A stretch of 64,000 nucleotides of DNA from Macrostomum lignano (Eukaryota). Each line of letters starts with the position of its first letter. Positions within the stretch are counted from its first letter, which is position 1. A model generated the notes under the pieces. The model was not told where the DNA came from. It saw nothing but the letters and a program-made list of their open reading frames with translations, and did not search any database. This document shows positions 46,109-58,519 of this stretch, piece by piece. The stretch lies in assembly GCA_002269645.1 (NCBI GenBank), contig NIVC01000483.1:72580-136579 (forward strand), written 5' to 3'. The position numbers and the translations under genes are program-made.

Positions 46109-46985
46109 TATAGTATCAAGTCAACTTGGCTTAGCAAAGAAGTAAAAACTGATCTGTCGGGTCGGACAAACTTTCGCACCATAATAAATAGCCAGTGTCT
46201 CTGCTTTATAGCCATAGACAACTCGGGACTCCGTATGTTAAGGCGGATACAATTCACTCTTGCTGAGTCCAATAGGAATGAGCCATGTGTGCATGGTACC
46301 AAGAATTTCGACCATAGACATGTGTGGCTTGTAGCAAAAGCCTCACCTCCTTGGTGCAGATTGGCGCATAAAACTATAATACAAGTAATACAAAACTTTG
46401 CAAAGCTGCTGTACTTTTTGACTTTATAGAACTGTTCTACTCGTAGAATGCATACAAAGCTTTATATATTATGCTTAATAAGACTGGTATTGCGAAGCTT
46501 TTTTGCTGAAGAAACCACGCAACAGTATTCCTTCTGCTTCCCTGCCTTATTAAGGAACCAATTCCAGTAAAACAAAAGGCCCTCCGCCATCGCTTCTCTG
46601 AAATATTCACCCAATTAAAGAGAAAATGCATCACTTCTGCTTGTTTAAAGAGCTGTTTTTTCAGAAAATTGGCTCCACATTTTGCAGAATAGATTATTAG
46701 GAGTAGAATTGGTGTCTGTACAGCACTGGCGCGCTTGCATGTGCTCAAGATGTAGAGTGTTCTACCTCCCGTAAAAAGTAAAGTGTTAATCATAGAATGC
46801 TATAAGTAAGTCAGCCAAAAGTTTCCGGAATTTTTTAGAATCGAACTTTTAGTTAATTTTTGTCTATGGAAAAGCTTAAAAGCAGCAACCATCTACTATG
46901 CTGTTGGCCAGCCTTATCATCACTCTTTAGCTTAACATTGCTCAGTTTCCCAGACCCTGCCTACTTAAGCCAGCAAGTGCATCCA

Positions 46986-49594
46986 ATGGAACTGCCAAGA
47001 ACTGAATGGCGAGCAATTCTGCTCAACCACTTTCATGCGGGACGCAACGCAGCAGAGGCACATCGCGAGTTGTTGCAGCTGATGGGCCCACATGCACCCT
47101 CCAAGTCGTCGGTGTACGACTGGTTCTCTTGCTTTGCTGAGGAGAACTATGAGCTGAAGGACAAGCCGAGGTCAGGCCGACCCCCTGCTGCTGATGGCGA
47201 TGCCGTTCTCCAAGCCCTTGAGGACAATCCGGACTACAGCGTGCGCAAGCTGTCAGCCGCTACTGGGGTGTCCTATGGCACGGTCCGGCGGAGCCTGCAT
47301 GCTGCAGACAAGGTGCCGAAGAAGCCAACTCTGGTGCCCCATGAGCTGACACCTCAGCAGCTGAGACAACAACAACAACAACAGAGTACGCTGCCAGTTC
47401 ACAAAAGCAGCGTCAGATGGCGCGCTTCAAAGCTTGGGCGCGAACAAAAGCCGCACCGCCGGCAGAGTCCGGGGCGCCGGCGTCAGCCAGCAGACAGTCG
47501 ACGTAGCGCCGAGTCTTCGCCTGTCCCCGCCGGTAGGGTGCCTGCAACGTAAGTAGCAGCACCTCCTGCACCGGCTCCGGACAGTAGGCCTCGGCGCGGA
47601 TGACGTGGCCTGCCAGCTGGAGTCGCCGACGGCGCAGCAGATCGCTAGGACGGTCCAGGCCGGCGCGATGATAGAGCGCCGTGTTGGTGACTCGCTCGTT
47701 GCCGATCTTGAAGGCGGCGCGCAGCAGGCCAGCGTGCGCCGCGTCGACTTGAGCCTCGAGCGAGTCTGTCAGAGTCCAGGTCTCGGCGTTGTATAACAGG
47801 ACGGTCTCGATCACCGCCTGGAACAGCGCCGCCCTCTGGCGGTCCGGTAGGGCCTCGGACTGCAGGACTGACCTTATAGAACGAAAGGCAGCCCAAGCAA
47901 GTCCTCGGCGACGCCGCAGATCCTCGCGGACGTCGGGAACCAGACCGCCGAGGTAGACGAACTGCTGACATCTTGGAAGCTCACTCGCCTGTCCGTCAGC
48001 GCCTCGGCAGAAGATTGCAGCCTCGGTGTCGTCCGGCACGCATAGCACGACGGTCTTCTGCGTGTTGACCACCAGGCCGACGCTCGCAGCAAAGGCAACC
48101 AGCCTATCCAGCTGTCGTTGGGCGCCCTCGACGGTCGAGGACAGCAGGGCGAGGTCATCGGCGTAGCCAAGCACGCTGAGCCGTCTCTCCGGTTGGCGTC
48201 GACCCACGCGTCGCCGCAGCAGGAAGCCGTCGTCGTTGGAAGGCAGAGCAGTCCATAGCACCCAGTCAAGCACCAGAATAAATAGGAACGGCGCTAGCGT
48301 ATCTCCCTGGAGCACCCCGGAGGATGTCTCGAAGAAATCCGATAGGCCGTCCGGTGTTGAGACAGCAGCCGTCGTGCCGTGGTACAGCGCCATGACAGCA
48401 GAAATCAGCAGCTCTGGCACGTTGTACGCACGGAGCACCTCTGGGAGCGCGTCCCTCACGACCGAGTCGAAAGCCTTCCTGAAATCGACGAAGATCAGGA
48501 TCAGGGTCAACTGGCGGATGCGCGCCTCCTCGATGACTCATCGAAGAGCCAGGATCTGCGTCACTGTGCCGCGATGGGGCCGGAATCCGTTCTGCTCAGG
48601 TCGCAGGTACGGGTCCAGCACAGGCTGTAACCGCGATAGCAGCATGCGGTTGAACAGCTTCGCGGCGCAGGACTGTAGGCAGATGCCTCGATGCTCCTCG
48701 AGCTTGGTGGTGCCCGGCTTCTTTGGAATGGCGACGATGTGCGCCGTGGTCCATTCGTTTGGCGCCACCTCACCGAAAAGCACGCGGTTCATCACTCTGG
48801 CGACCTCAGTGGCCACGCAGTGGATCCGCAGCGCCTCGGTGGGCACCTCGTCCGGACCAAGCGCTTTGCCGCCCGGCGACTGCCGAGCGAACTTCACAAC
48901 GTCGGCTGTGCTGACTGGGGCAACATTGAAGCAGCTTGCGAAGCAGCTGAGAGCCAGGGTGAATGTGGCAACTTCGAATCTTCGCCAGGCCGGTTCTCCA
49001 AACTTTCTCAAGTCGATAATCGCTCAAGACGAGCAGTGGGTCTGCTATGAGAACCCAAGCACATCAGCCGTCTGGGTCGATGCTTCTGAAGAACCACCCA
49101 GCTGCCCAATGCGGAACCCCCACTGCGGCAAGGAGCTGCTCTTTTTCTGGTTCTGCTCGTCTGGCCCTGTTTTCTGGGAGGTCATCCCGCATGGCATGGC
49201 TGTGAACGCGGAGGTGATCTGCAGCGAACTGGAGCAGGTCGCCCGTTTGCTGCGATCCGTGTGCCCGGGACACCGCGACAAGGTGCTCCTCTTCGACAAT
49301 GCGTGGCCTCACAAAGCAAGACTCACCCAGGCCAAGCTGGCAAGCCTGGGCTTCAGTGTTTTGCCCCACCCACCATACTCGCCAGACCTCTCGCCATGCG
49401 ACTACCATGTGTTCAGGTCTCTCCAGAGCTTTTGTGATGGACAGCGGTTCGCCAACAAGCAACATGTGGAGCAGGCAGTGCAGAAATGGATTGATTCAAA
49501 GCCTGCGAGCTTCTGGAGGGAGGGGATTGAGGCATTGCCAGCAAGATGGGAGAGGGTCAAGGCCTTGAATGGCAACTACATCACATCGCTGTAA
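46986..49594 (+). pseudogene. mariner transposase split by LINE insertion
   Basis: Removing 47367-48952 restores the frame ...VPHELTPQQLR/ARVNVATSNL... to TAA at 49594. Confidence 0.88.
47367..48941 (-). mobile_element. 5'-truncated RTE-clade LINE (RT domain)
   Basis: RT motifs QNGFR, FVDFRKAFDSV, GVLQGDTLAPFLF and YADD. (TTG)n 3' tail. 11-bp TSD AGCAGCTGAGA (47356-47366, 48942-48952). One in-frame TGA at 48538-48540. Confidence 0.95.
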
Positions 49595-49694
49595 ACTGTT
49601 TGTTCTTGACACTATTTGTTATAGTTTTAAAATGTTCAAATTCCGGAAACTTTTGGCTCACCCTAATAAGTGCACGCATGCGCACCTAAACTTT

Positions 49695-49865
49695 AAGGAT
49701 GATTCATGTTGCTATTTATGGCAGCAGAATGATTCATGTTGCTATTTATAGCAGCAGAATGATTCATGTTACTATTTACAGCAGCAGAATGAGTCATGTT
49801 ACTATTTATAACCACACGATGAATCATGTTACCCCTTATAGCGCAACACGTGAATCATGTTACTA
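49695..49865. repeat. 30-bp minisatellite (GATTCATGTTGCTATTTATAGCAGCAGAAT)
   Basis: About 5 decaying units. Confidence 0.8.
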
Positions 49866-50283
49866 TTTTTGGCCCACAAAATCGTCTATAAATACAAGCG
49901 GTCCAAAGCGGTACCGGAGTCAACTCCCGACGACAGGAGAAGCTCCGAAGAGGTTGTCTTTAGGAAGACTCCCTAGCTCACCAGTCGAACGAAAGACTTG
50001 ATCAAGTGTTGCGGTTAGCCTTTCTTATTTGCGCCAGTTGTTGTTGAGACGTCTCGCTCAAGTCTAGTGTGTCTTGAGTCTATTTGAGTCTGTTGAGACT
50101 CTTGAGTCTGTTTGGACTCCCTTGGCAGTAGTCGCCCCGAAGGACTACCCTAGTAGATCTTAGAGGAGCTACTAGAGATATCCGGAGCATTACCTAGAGT
50201 GCATCGAGGCACTACTAGAAGAAGAAGGCTTAATTGATACCGCTATTCGGCGCAGGGTACCCATTGTTGATACGAGGCCTCTG

Positions 50284-50808
50284 GGGGGTGTTTCTCGAAA
50301 CTCACGTAAGTTCTATGGTAAGTTAGATCGTAAGAAAGAAGTTTACGTGTAGCGTAAGTTTGCTCGTAAAACGCTTTCTCAAAACTCACTTAGACTTTGC
50401 GTGGCTTACGCTGTTCGTAAGTCGTATCTGAAACGAAAATTTGCATGTCTATGGTCATAAATCTGTAAATATCTTTACTTAGTCTATCGTAAGTTGCTTT
50501 CGAGAAAGACCCACCTTCGATAAAGTTTAACTTGACTTGGCTTGACTAAAGCTTCACGTACTATGCGATTAGTGCTTAAGTGCGTCTTACGACCCATACC
50601 GAGCAGTCGTAGGGTTAAGATCAACCTTACGAAAGACCATAGACATACGAACGTTTCGAGAAACAGTCTTTTGCGCAAAGTTACGAACTCGTAAAGTTGC
50701 GATCGATCTTACGCATAGCTAACTTGCGAGCCCTTCGAGCAACCCGTAAGTGTAGCTTACCCAACTTACGTCTATGGTCGATCGTAAGTTGCTTTCGAGA
50801 AAGACCCC
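50284..50808. mobile_element. PIF/Harbinger-like MITE
   Basis: TIR GGGGGTGTTTCTCGAAA and TTTCGAGAAAGACCCC. Apparent CTG 3-bp TSD. Many internal CGTAAG/CTTACG motifs and an internal extra copy of the right TIR (~50490-50510). Confidence 0.65.
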
Positions 50809-51434
50809 CTGATTGGTCCTGACTGCAGATACCGGCCGGAAGTAACTTCATTGGAAATACAGTACAAGAAGCACCAGGACCAGAGAAGCGGATCCAAGAC
50901 AGTGACCAGATCTACACGAGATCTACTGACGAGTTCCTAGCGAGAACTACTCAAGAAATTCAAATCCGGATTGAAGGTAATTAACTACCTTCATTTGATT
51001 ACTGGGTTGCCTAGCAAAGAGCTAGAAGTGATTGTTCCTTGATTATCAAAGGACTGGTAGTAAGGAACACATCAAAGAGTCAGTGGAGTTGGCCGGATTG
51101 CGTCAGCACTCACAGCCTTCGATTTATTGATTTTATTGATTTATTTTTAGACCATATAAAACAAAAGACTGTCTGAATCACTCATTTTAGTGAGCGCTGA
51201 AATGGAGGATATTTCACTCATTACAGAAGTCTTTTTCAACAGGGCCTCTAGTGTACTCGCTAACATACGGTAAGAGAAGCAGAATTTCCAGCCAATAGAA
51301 AGCAGCAAAATTTACTGGCTAACGGGAGGCTAAACAACGCATTACAATATATATAGCTAACTGTAAGCACCATGACAAATTCTAATAGACTGCAAGCTAC
51401 TGTCACTCGGAAATTGCTAACTCTTTTCCAGGCA

Positions 51435-52492
51435 ATGCCTCCAGGTAAAAGATAAAACTTCTTAACTGCACAGGGGCCCTTTTTAATCTACAGAAAGTAT
51501 CAATTATCATTTTAGAAAATTGGATTTTCCTTGTCCTACAACTGCTGGGTTTTCTGACTGTCTGCCAGTGCAGGTCCGGAGACACCTGGACTCAGGTGCA
51601 GGTGCAGTGCCTGTCTGAGGCCGCCGCGATTTACCGAGCGCAGGCGAGCAGCGATGTGCACTGCTCTGTGATCGCGTCCAGCAAGCAGAAAGTCGGAATC
51701 ATTTTGGCCCAGTTCGAGCCGGCCTCTCTCCGCTGCAGTCTCTTCCGCTACCAGTCCGTGTGTCGCGACCTTGTCTCTGGCGGTGCGAGCAGCGACTGCC
51801 GAGTGCTCATCCGATTTCCGATCAAATATCCGGCTCAGCTCAACCCGAAGCTCACAAACGTGTGGCTCGGAGACGACATGTCTGCATTTGAGAATGTCGT
51901 GTGCCAGGCTGACGAAGAGACCAACCGAATTTATCCGGTCGGAGTCCAGTGGACAGAGGAGGGCGCCGCGTTCGATGGGAGCAGCTCGTTTCTGGCCATG
52001 AACAAGAGCGACATCGGGTTCGGCACAGGCGTCACGGTGCTGCTCAGGATGAAGCGGCAGCCGCAGGTGCAGCCGCTGTTTGAGTTCCTGGACTGCGCCA
52101 ACTTTGCCACAGGACCTTACTACCACCACATCTGGGAGTATTCCTCAGTATCAAGGTTCTATGTCCTCTTCTACGATACTAATTCAGTACGTAACAGAAT
52201 CATGTCGTCAGCCCTTCTTACCGCGAACGCCGGCGAGTGGATTGACCTCGGATTCACGTCGACACCGACAACAGACTCTTATGGAATGTTTGTGAACGCC
52301 TCCTTCTTGCCGATGTCTGCCATCGATTTTCATACTGTAACTGCTTCTATTTCGGTGTCAAAGTTCTGCTTTCGGTTCGGCAAGCGGTACAATCATGCCA
52401 CCCTATTCAAGGGCTCGGTCAAGGCCATCGCAATCGGCAACAGCTTCATGAACGAAACCGAGATTCGAGACTTCTTTGCCGCCCTGCCGTGA
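51435..52492 (+). CDS. Secreted PAN-like + LamG/ConA-like (Laminin_G_3-type) protein, copy 1 (intact, ~328 aa)
   Basis: Micro-exon ATGCCTCCAG|GT (51435-51444) and exon 51516-52492. Signal peptide WIFLVLQLLGFLTVCQC; PAN-like SDVHCSVIA...FEPASLRCSL; LamG-like AFDGSSSFL...GEWIDLGFT...FKGSVKAIAI...ETEI. Confidence 0.82.
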
Positions 52493-53149
52493 GGAGCAGC
52501 TCAGCAACTGGTGGACTCGCTGCAGTTTAAACTGTGAACTCACGACGATTTTTAGGTTTCTAAGCTTACACTTAAGTCAATAGGTGTTACCTTTTTGCGT
52601 CTTAATTCATCTGATTTGTGCAGGAATAAATTTCTTAAGCAGTGTTTGAATTTCTATTGACTTTTTCCTGTCGCTGTCTCTGATTTCTTTACTCGATTTA
52701 CGGATATTTACAGACATGACGTGCAAATTGTTTCTTCGGCTAAAGCAGTGACACCTAAAGTTTCTGTAGTAAAGATTCGATTAAAACTCTCTTCAAACGT
52801 TGTGGTTTTCTTCTTAGCAGTCGAAGTCTATACTGTTTTACTTAAAAATTATTATTAGGTAATCTAGGCGTCCTTTGTCGTATCATATCCATATCAGATT
52901 CTGTTCGAATGTTTATTAAGAAAGAAAGTGCTTTACTCTTTCAAAGCTGTTTCTAACTCTTAATCAGAGTTATACTTTAAAATTTTATTGCGATTAGATA
53001 GCAAATTTAATATAGAAATGTACGTAAGTATTTTAGTATTTGTCAATATACTTTTCAACAACGTTCCATAACAATAGTCTTGCTTATTAACTATCAGATT
53101 AGGACAAAGACAATGAGAATTTGGATAGGTACAGAGAGTTACCCTAGCT

Positions 53150-54720
53150 TACCAAACCATGCAGATTTCTGGAAGCCGGCTCCGATTCAAATTTGAAAAT
53201 AATATCCTGATACAAACTGGAAGACCGCCGCCACTTCTTCATGAACACTGGCTTGCTAGCGCGTCGCTTATCGCATATCGCATATCGAGGTATCGCATAT
53301 CTCCGTCGAAATCTATCGACACCAGCAAAATGTATCGGCCGCTCAACGCCGTCTTGGATCTGGGAGGAATTCGTCGCTGGTGTCGCTGATGACGATCGCG
53401 TCCGCGCTCAATCAAAGTGCGCCAGGCTTGGTGGATTGACGTTTGCCTCCTTCAACGCCTGGAACGCTCGCTCGCTCGCTCGCATTCGGCTGTCTAATTT
53501 GAACTCGGCGTCCCTCATGAGCAGAAGCCTCTGAGGCGCCGTGACTTCGGCAAAGTTGGGCACGGACCGCATCAGGTAGTTGGAGGATCCCAGAAACGCC
53601 TGCAGTTCATTCTTTTTTGCCTGTGCGTGCAGCTCCTTGAAGGCCTTAGTTTGAGACACTGACAGTCGCATGCCGTCAGCCGAAAATACAAAGCCGAAGA
53701 ACTCGATCTCGGTCCTCCGCAGCTGGCATTTGTCCATTGTTGGCCTTCAGGCCGACTTCTTCCAGTCGCTTCAACAGAGCGCAGAGCATTGAGTCGTGCT
53801 CGGCCTCCATTGCTCCGTAGAAGATAAAGTCATCCAAGATGTGCTCCACTCCGGGCAGGCCGGCTACCAGGTGGCTCAGCATCCTTCTAAGGCCGCTGGC
53901 GCTGACGCTAGGCCGAACGGCACTCGGAAGAATCGGTAAGCGCTAGGCCGAACGGCACCCGGAAGAATCGGTAAGCGCTGGGCCGAACGGCACTCGGAAG
54001 AATCGGTAAACGCTAGGCCGAACGGCACCCGGAAGAATCGGTAAGCGCTAGGCCGAACGGCACCCGGAAGAATCGGTAAGCGCTGGGCCGAACGGCACCC
54101 GGAAGAATCGGTACAAGCTCTAGTGTGTTATGAATGTCCTCAGTTCATGTGATGACTCGTGGAGCTGCATCTGCATGTAGCCCGTCTTGTGGTCGATCTT
54201 GGAGAACACCTGACCGCCGGCTGTCTTGCTCATCACCGAGCATATCTCGTCCAGCTGAGGCATCGGGCGCCGGTCGATTACGAGCGACTTGTTCAGCTCG
54301 CGAACGTCGATTCAGACTCAAATCTAGCCGTCCTTCTAGTTAGCGACCAACAAATTAGAAATCCAAAGGCTGGAGTTCACTCGCTCGATGATGCCTACTA
54401 CTTTCATACGGTGCAGCTCTTCACCGACTTGTTGCTGCTTTGCCAGAGGCAAGTGGCACAGTGGCTGCTGTACTAGCGGCACCGCCGCGTTGATCTTCGG
54501 TTGGTGTACCGCTCCTTTGCCCGATTGAGCCACTGAAGACCGCTGGGTACTCCTTTGCGATATCGATGCTGGCAAATGAGGTGCAAATGACGAGTGAAGC
54601 ATTCTGTGTAGAGAAGTTTAAGTGATTGACTTGAATTAGCAGCAATTGACTTCTTCAACTGGAACAGATTCTTTGAAACGAGGCAAAAGAACCGAAGAAA
54701 AATTTGCTGCTCACATAACT
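53150..54720 (-). mobile_element. Ty3/Gypsy LTR-retrotransposon pol remnant (RT-RNase H), degraded
   Basis: Fragments EYPAVFSG, GIIERVNSS.W.SNLLVA, VDVRELNK, YRFFRVPFGLASAP, LDDF, DKCQ..RTEIEFFGF, LQAFLG and SLAHFD; multiple frameshifts. Confidence 0.85.
53906..54113. repeat. 35-bp x6 tandem repeat derived from the Gypsy RT PFGL motif
   Basis: Unit CGCTAGGCCGAACGGCACCCGGAAGAATCGGTAAG; the minus strand reads YRFFRVPFGLA. Confidence 0.92.
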
Positions 54721-54779
54721 TTTGAGTCAGCCGTCAAGACTGGCAGCATCGCTCTACTCAGAAAGTCATACTTAATTAC

Positions 54780-55990
54780 TGAGGGGGGGGGGGGGCAGGA
54801 CGCCGCGATTAGGCCGTGAGGCCCCTATCGCAACCCCCAGCTAAAAACAGAAAGGCGTTAGCCTTGGGGCTGCACCCACCTTGCCAGCAGCAGAAGAGCT
54901 CGCGAGGGTGGCGTCCGCGATCTTCATCCGTCCAGAGTCCCGAACGAATGCGCGTAGGTCCCGGATCCGGTCCGGAGTGGTGAGCTCGTTCAGCCCTAGC
55001 GGGCGACCGAGGTGACGTCTCCGCGCCTCGTTGAAGTGCGGGCAGAAAGTGAAGTGGTGCGTCGAGGTTTCCTCCTCTAAATCACAGAAGGGGCAGATAG
55101 GGGAGCAACCACTTTGTAGTGAAATATGTCTCTGGAAGAAGCCATGGCCAGAAATTACCATGCACATCTCCATGAGGTCAGTTTTACTTAAGGAGATTAG
55201 ATAGTCAAATACTTTCCGGTTTATGGCAGGCATTGCCGTTCGTGTTTGCCGACATTCGGAGCAGCTGTTCCAGTGCATCTGGTGTTGGTGGTTCAGCCAT
55301 TCTTGAATGGCGCGGTTGACTGATGACTTCGGAGAAGGTAACTTGACCGAGCGTTGCGCTCCATCCGGGATGCTACCCCGTTTGGTGAGTTGATCCACTA
55401 GCTCGTTGCCGAGGATGTTGCTGTAACCTGGTGTACAGATAACATTGATCCTGTTGAGAATCGCCATGGTCTGCAAGCTTTTGAAGCAGTCTGAAACTGA
55501 CTTGGTTGAGAGCTTGATGAAAGACAAGGCCTTAATAGCGGCCTGACTGTCAAAGTAAAAATTTATGTCCAAGCTGCTGATGCCAGCTTTGTGCTAATGC
55601 TCAGCGCACTGTTTGATGGCCATAACTTCGGATTGAAAAACTGAGACATTCTCACCAAGATGAAGACTCTCTTGTAAGATCGCCTCACCCTTGTGGAAAA
55701 TGGCTATGCCCGCGCCAGCCAGGTCGTCACACAGGGATCCGTCAGTGAAGCAGTGAATGCCATGGCTTCTCCGGTTGATGCCCACGTTCATTGGGTGCAT
55801 CCCTCGCGGCGGAAGGGTACACTTGAAGCCCTTCCTGAGAATGAGAGTGTGGGGTTTACAGTCCATCTCGTCTAAATTGAGTTGGATGTGTTGAAGGTCG
55901 CAACGGATGTAATCCAGATGTGGGATGGGAGTCTTCTCAGGCATGAAGCCCGATGGGCTCAGAAAGTCATGGTGACGGGTCTGTTTGATG
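54780..55990 (-). mobile_element. 3' fragment of an RNase H-bearing non-LTR retrotransposon (I/LOA/R1-group)
   Basis: RNase H motifs [23 protein letters not shown] and [12 protein letters not shown], followed by a CPFC...ETSTHH...C zinc knuckle; a stop and frameshift near 55590. Confidence 0.85.
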
Positions 55991-57089
55991 CTGTATGTGT
56001 TACTCTCGGCCGGTTAATGATGCAAACGTCCTATCTCTGAATATGGTTTCTAAATGTCTTTTGTTCCTTCGCCTTTTGCTCCTAATTGCACTTCTTGCAG
56101 TGCTTTGCTTAACTACATGCATGTACGTCTTGTCTTAATAAACTATCGTACTGGTATTTTGTGGTCCCTGGTCTGGAGTCTTCTGCAACTCTTCTGTTGC
56201 TTTTTCATCGTTATATCTGCAATTTAGCGTAGATCAAAGCATTGCCGAGTGGGCCTAAGCCACGTTAATGATGCTTCGTAAAATAATACGCAATCTTGAG
56301 AAGATTCAAGTAAAAGCCATGTTGACAAGACATCGGAGACATTTAACTTTTCTATACGAAGATGAATTCTTCATCAGAACTCTGCGTGGAATTTTTACTC
56401 CTTACTTTTGTCTATCTCTCCATCGCCACTTCTTCCAGCAGCGAATGATTCAGTGGAAAACCTTAGAACTCAACTTCTTTGCATTGTCTGCAAATCCAAT
56501 TTAAAAATTCAAGCGAAACGGTGGATGAGAGGCCACTGCAAGCGGCTGCAGTCACGCAACTGAGACGCCAGCATCAGGGGATAGGCTTGCTGTGTCTCAT
56601 TAACGGTTTTCAGATCTGCCAAAACGCAGCTTCACTTGCTAAGGATGGGGCGTAGGCTGTATTGGCTGTTTTATTTGGAATTAATTGGCAAATGATTCTT
56701 CCAAACGCTGGAAGAAGTCTTGAAGCAGAGTTTCAGCCAGACCCATTTCGCTATTCACCTGCCGCTGAAGAATTTTTTCAGAGTTTTGGGGACAATGTCA
56801 GCCTCATTAAAAATGCATCCAGCTGATGAGGCGTAGTGGCAAGCAAAATTTGTTTAAATTGACAATGGTAGCCCAAAGCAATGGGAAAGAAATGAAACAC
56901 TTTTTTAGAGAGGTGCCTTACAATACTTCCATCAGGCGCGCAAGCACTCGACTATATACATGCATGTGGGGCCGGCTCAGAGTCTGAGGGAAGTCAAACA
57001 GAGTCTAAAAGCCAGACGGACTGTGCAAAATTTCTGATTGAACATTGAAAAAAATCTAGCAATACTGGACACCAAAAATTGACGTCAAA

Positions 57090-57634
57090 ATGTGTACAGG
57101 TAAGAAATAAGCACAAGCATCCTGTTTCATTCGAATCCATGATTTAAAAGTGTAATTTGACCGTCAAAACCTTCAGTTTCTTTTCTGCTTGCGTGGCTTG
57201 AGTTGATGGCTTTTATGACTGGCTGCCAGTGCAGAGCCGGAGACACCTGGACTCGCATGCAGGTGCAGTACCTGTCCGATGCTGCCGCATTCCGCATCTC
57301 CGAGGCGGTCAGCCACCAGCACTGCTGCATGCTGGCATCCAGCTCTGTCTTATCCGGCATTCTCATTGCCCAGTTCGAGCCGGCCTCTCTCCACTGCAGT
57401 CTCTTCCGCTACCAGTCCGTGTGTCGCGACCTTGTCTCTGGCGGTGCGAGCAGCGACTGCCGAGTGCTCATCCGATTTCCGATCAAATATCCGGCTCAGC
57501 TCGACCCGAAGCTCACAAACGTGTGGCTCGGAGACGACATGTCTGCATTTGAGAATGCATTTGTCAAATTCGCTCATTCCTGCCCTCAAATCCATAGTCA
57601 GAACTATGTTGTTTCACGATTGGCCATAGACTAA
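57090..57634 (+). CDS. PAN-LamG family copy 2, truncated (signal peptide + PAN-like only)
   Basis: Same structure as copy 1: ATGTGTACAG|GTAAGA (57090-57099) and exon from 57177. Homology ends at ~57557 (SAFEN), then an unrelated 25-aa tail to TAA. Confidence 0.65.
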
Positions 57635-58519
57635 AACAGCGGGCACGGAATCTGCCGTCTTGCCCGCGAAATCGTGAGACAACACCAGAAGTTCCAGTAG
57701 TACTTCGTATATATATAGTACCCTAAATTCTGCATATGGAAATTACGTAGCCATCATAAAAATTAATGTGCAAATTATTGCACAAGTTAGCCTGACATAG
57801 CTCGTAATGTGTTTCTGCATTCTCAGAAATTACCTCGTAAGACGCTACGCACTCGAATTCGTGCAAATGTTCGTTGTGGCCTGGTTTTATTCGCTGTACA
57901 TTACGTTAGCGAGATAAGAAGTTTTCAGTTTTTCACTCAAGTTCACAATATATCCACCTTCTGGACTTCTGGATCTTTGAGCCTCTGGGACTAATCCATA
58001 GCCAGATTTATAAGTACCACCGGGCTAACACATGATAATCAAAACTGACCGAATTAAAAAAACGTTCGCAGAAAAAGACCCTATATAGAGTGCGGTGTTG
58101 GCACTAACCGTTTTTTTCCTAATATTGTGCTGATAGTGCAGGTGGGAAAAGCCAAGCTGCTCACCAAACCTGGTAGTTTAAGTGGTAGCTAATTACTAGC
58201 CTCAAGTACTCCAGCAATGCTCATTAGCTCATTTATCCTGAGAGTTGTCCCTAATTATTTCAATATTTGACTATCGCTAAGAAAAGCTAATAGAAGAGGA
58301 GACGATGGATATAGGAAAGTCAGCGTGATATCTTTAAATACAGCAGTTTAGCCTTGTCAGAAATTCTGCATTTGAAGACATTAAATTATTATATATGAAT
58401 TCCTACTCTTATTCATTCTTGCAGCATATTTTGGACATGAACTGCTGTCAGACAGTCAATAATACCTTCACTTTTAAAATTTCAAAGGTTTTAATTTCAT
58501 TTCAGATTTTTTTATTTTA

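Larger units (their letters stand above)
46805..49666 (+). mobile_element. mariner (DD34D) transposon interrupted by an RTE LINE
   Basis: TIR cores AGCCAAAAGTTTCCGGAATTT and AAATTCCGGAAACTTTTGGCT, followed by TA on the right. Transposase 46986-47366 plus 48953-49594, with HTH, VPHEL, QDE, DNA..H and YSPDLSPCDY motifs (34 residues between the 2nd and 3rd Asp). Confidence 0.93.

Noticed and set aside
46437-46793. 118-aa ORF
   Set aside because: No domain or splice context recognised.
48236-49594. 452-aa ORF as a single protein
   Set aside because: Chimera of RTE antisense sequence and the mariner C-terminal half.
49827-50280. Possible solo LTR (TG start, TATAAA at ~49886)
   Set aside because: No second copy, PBS, PPT or TSD identified.
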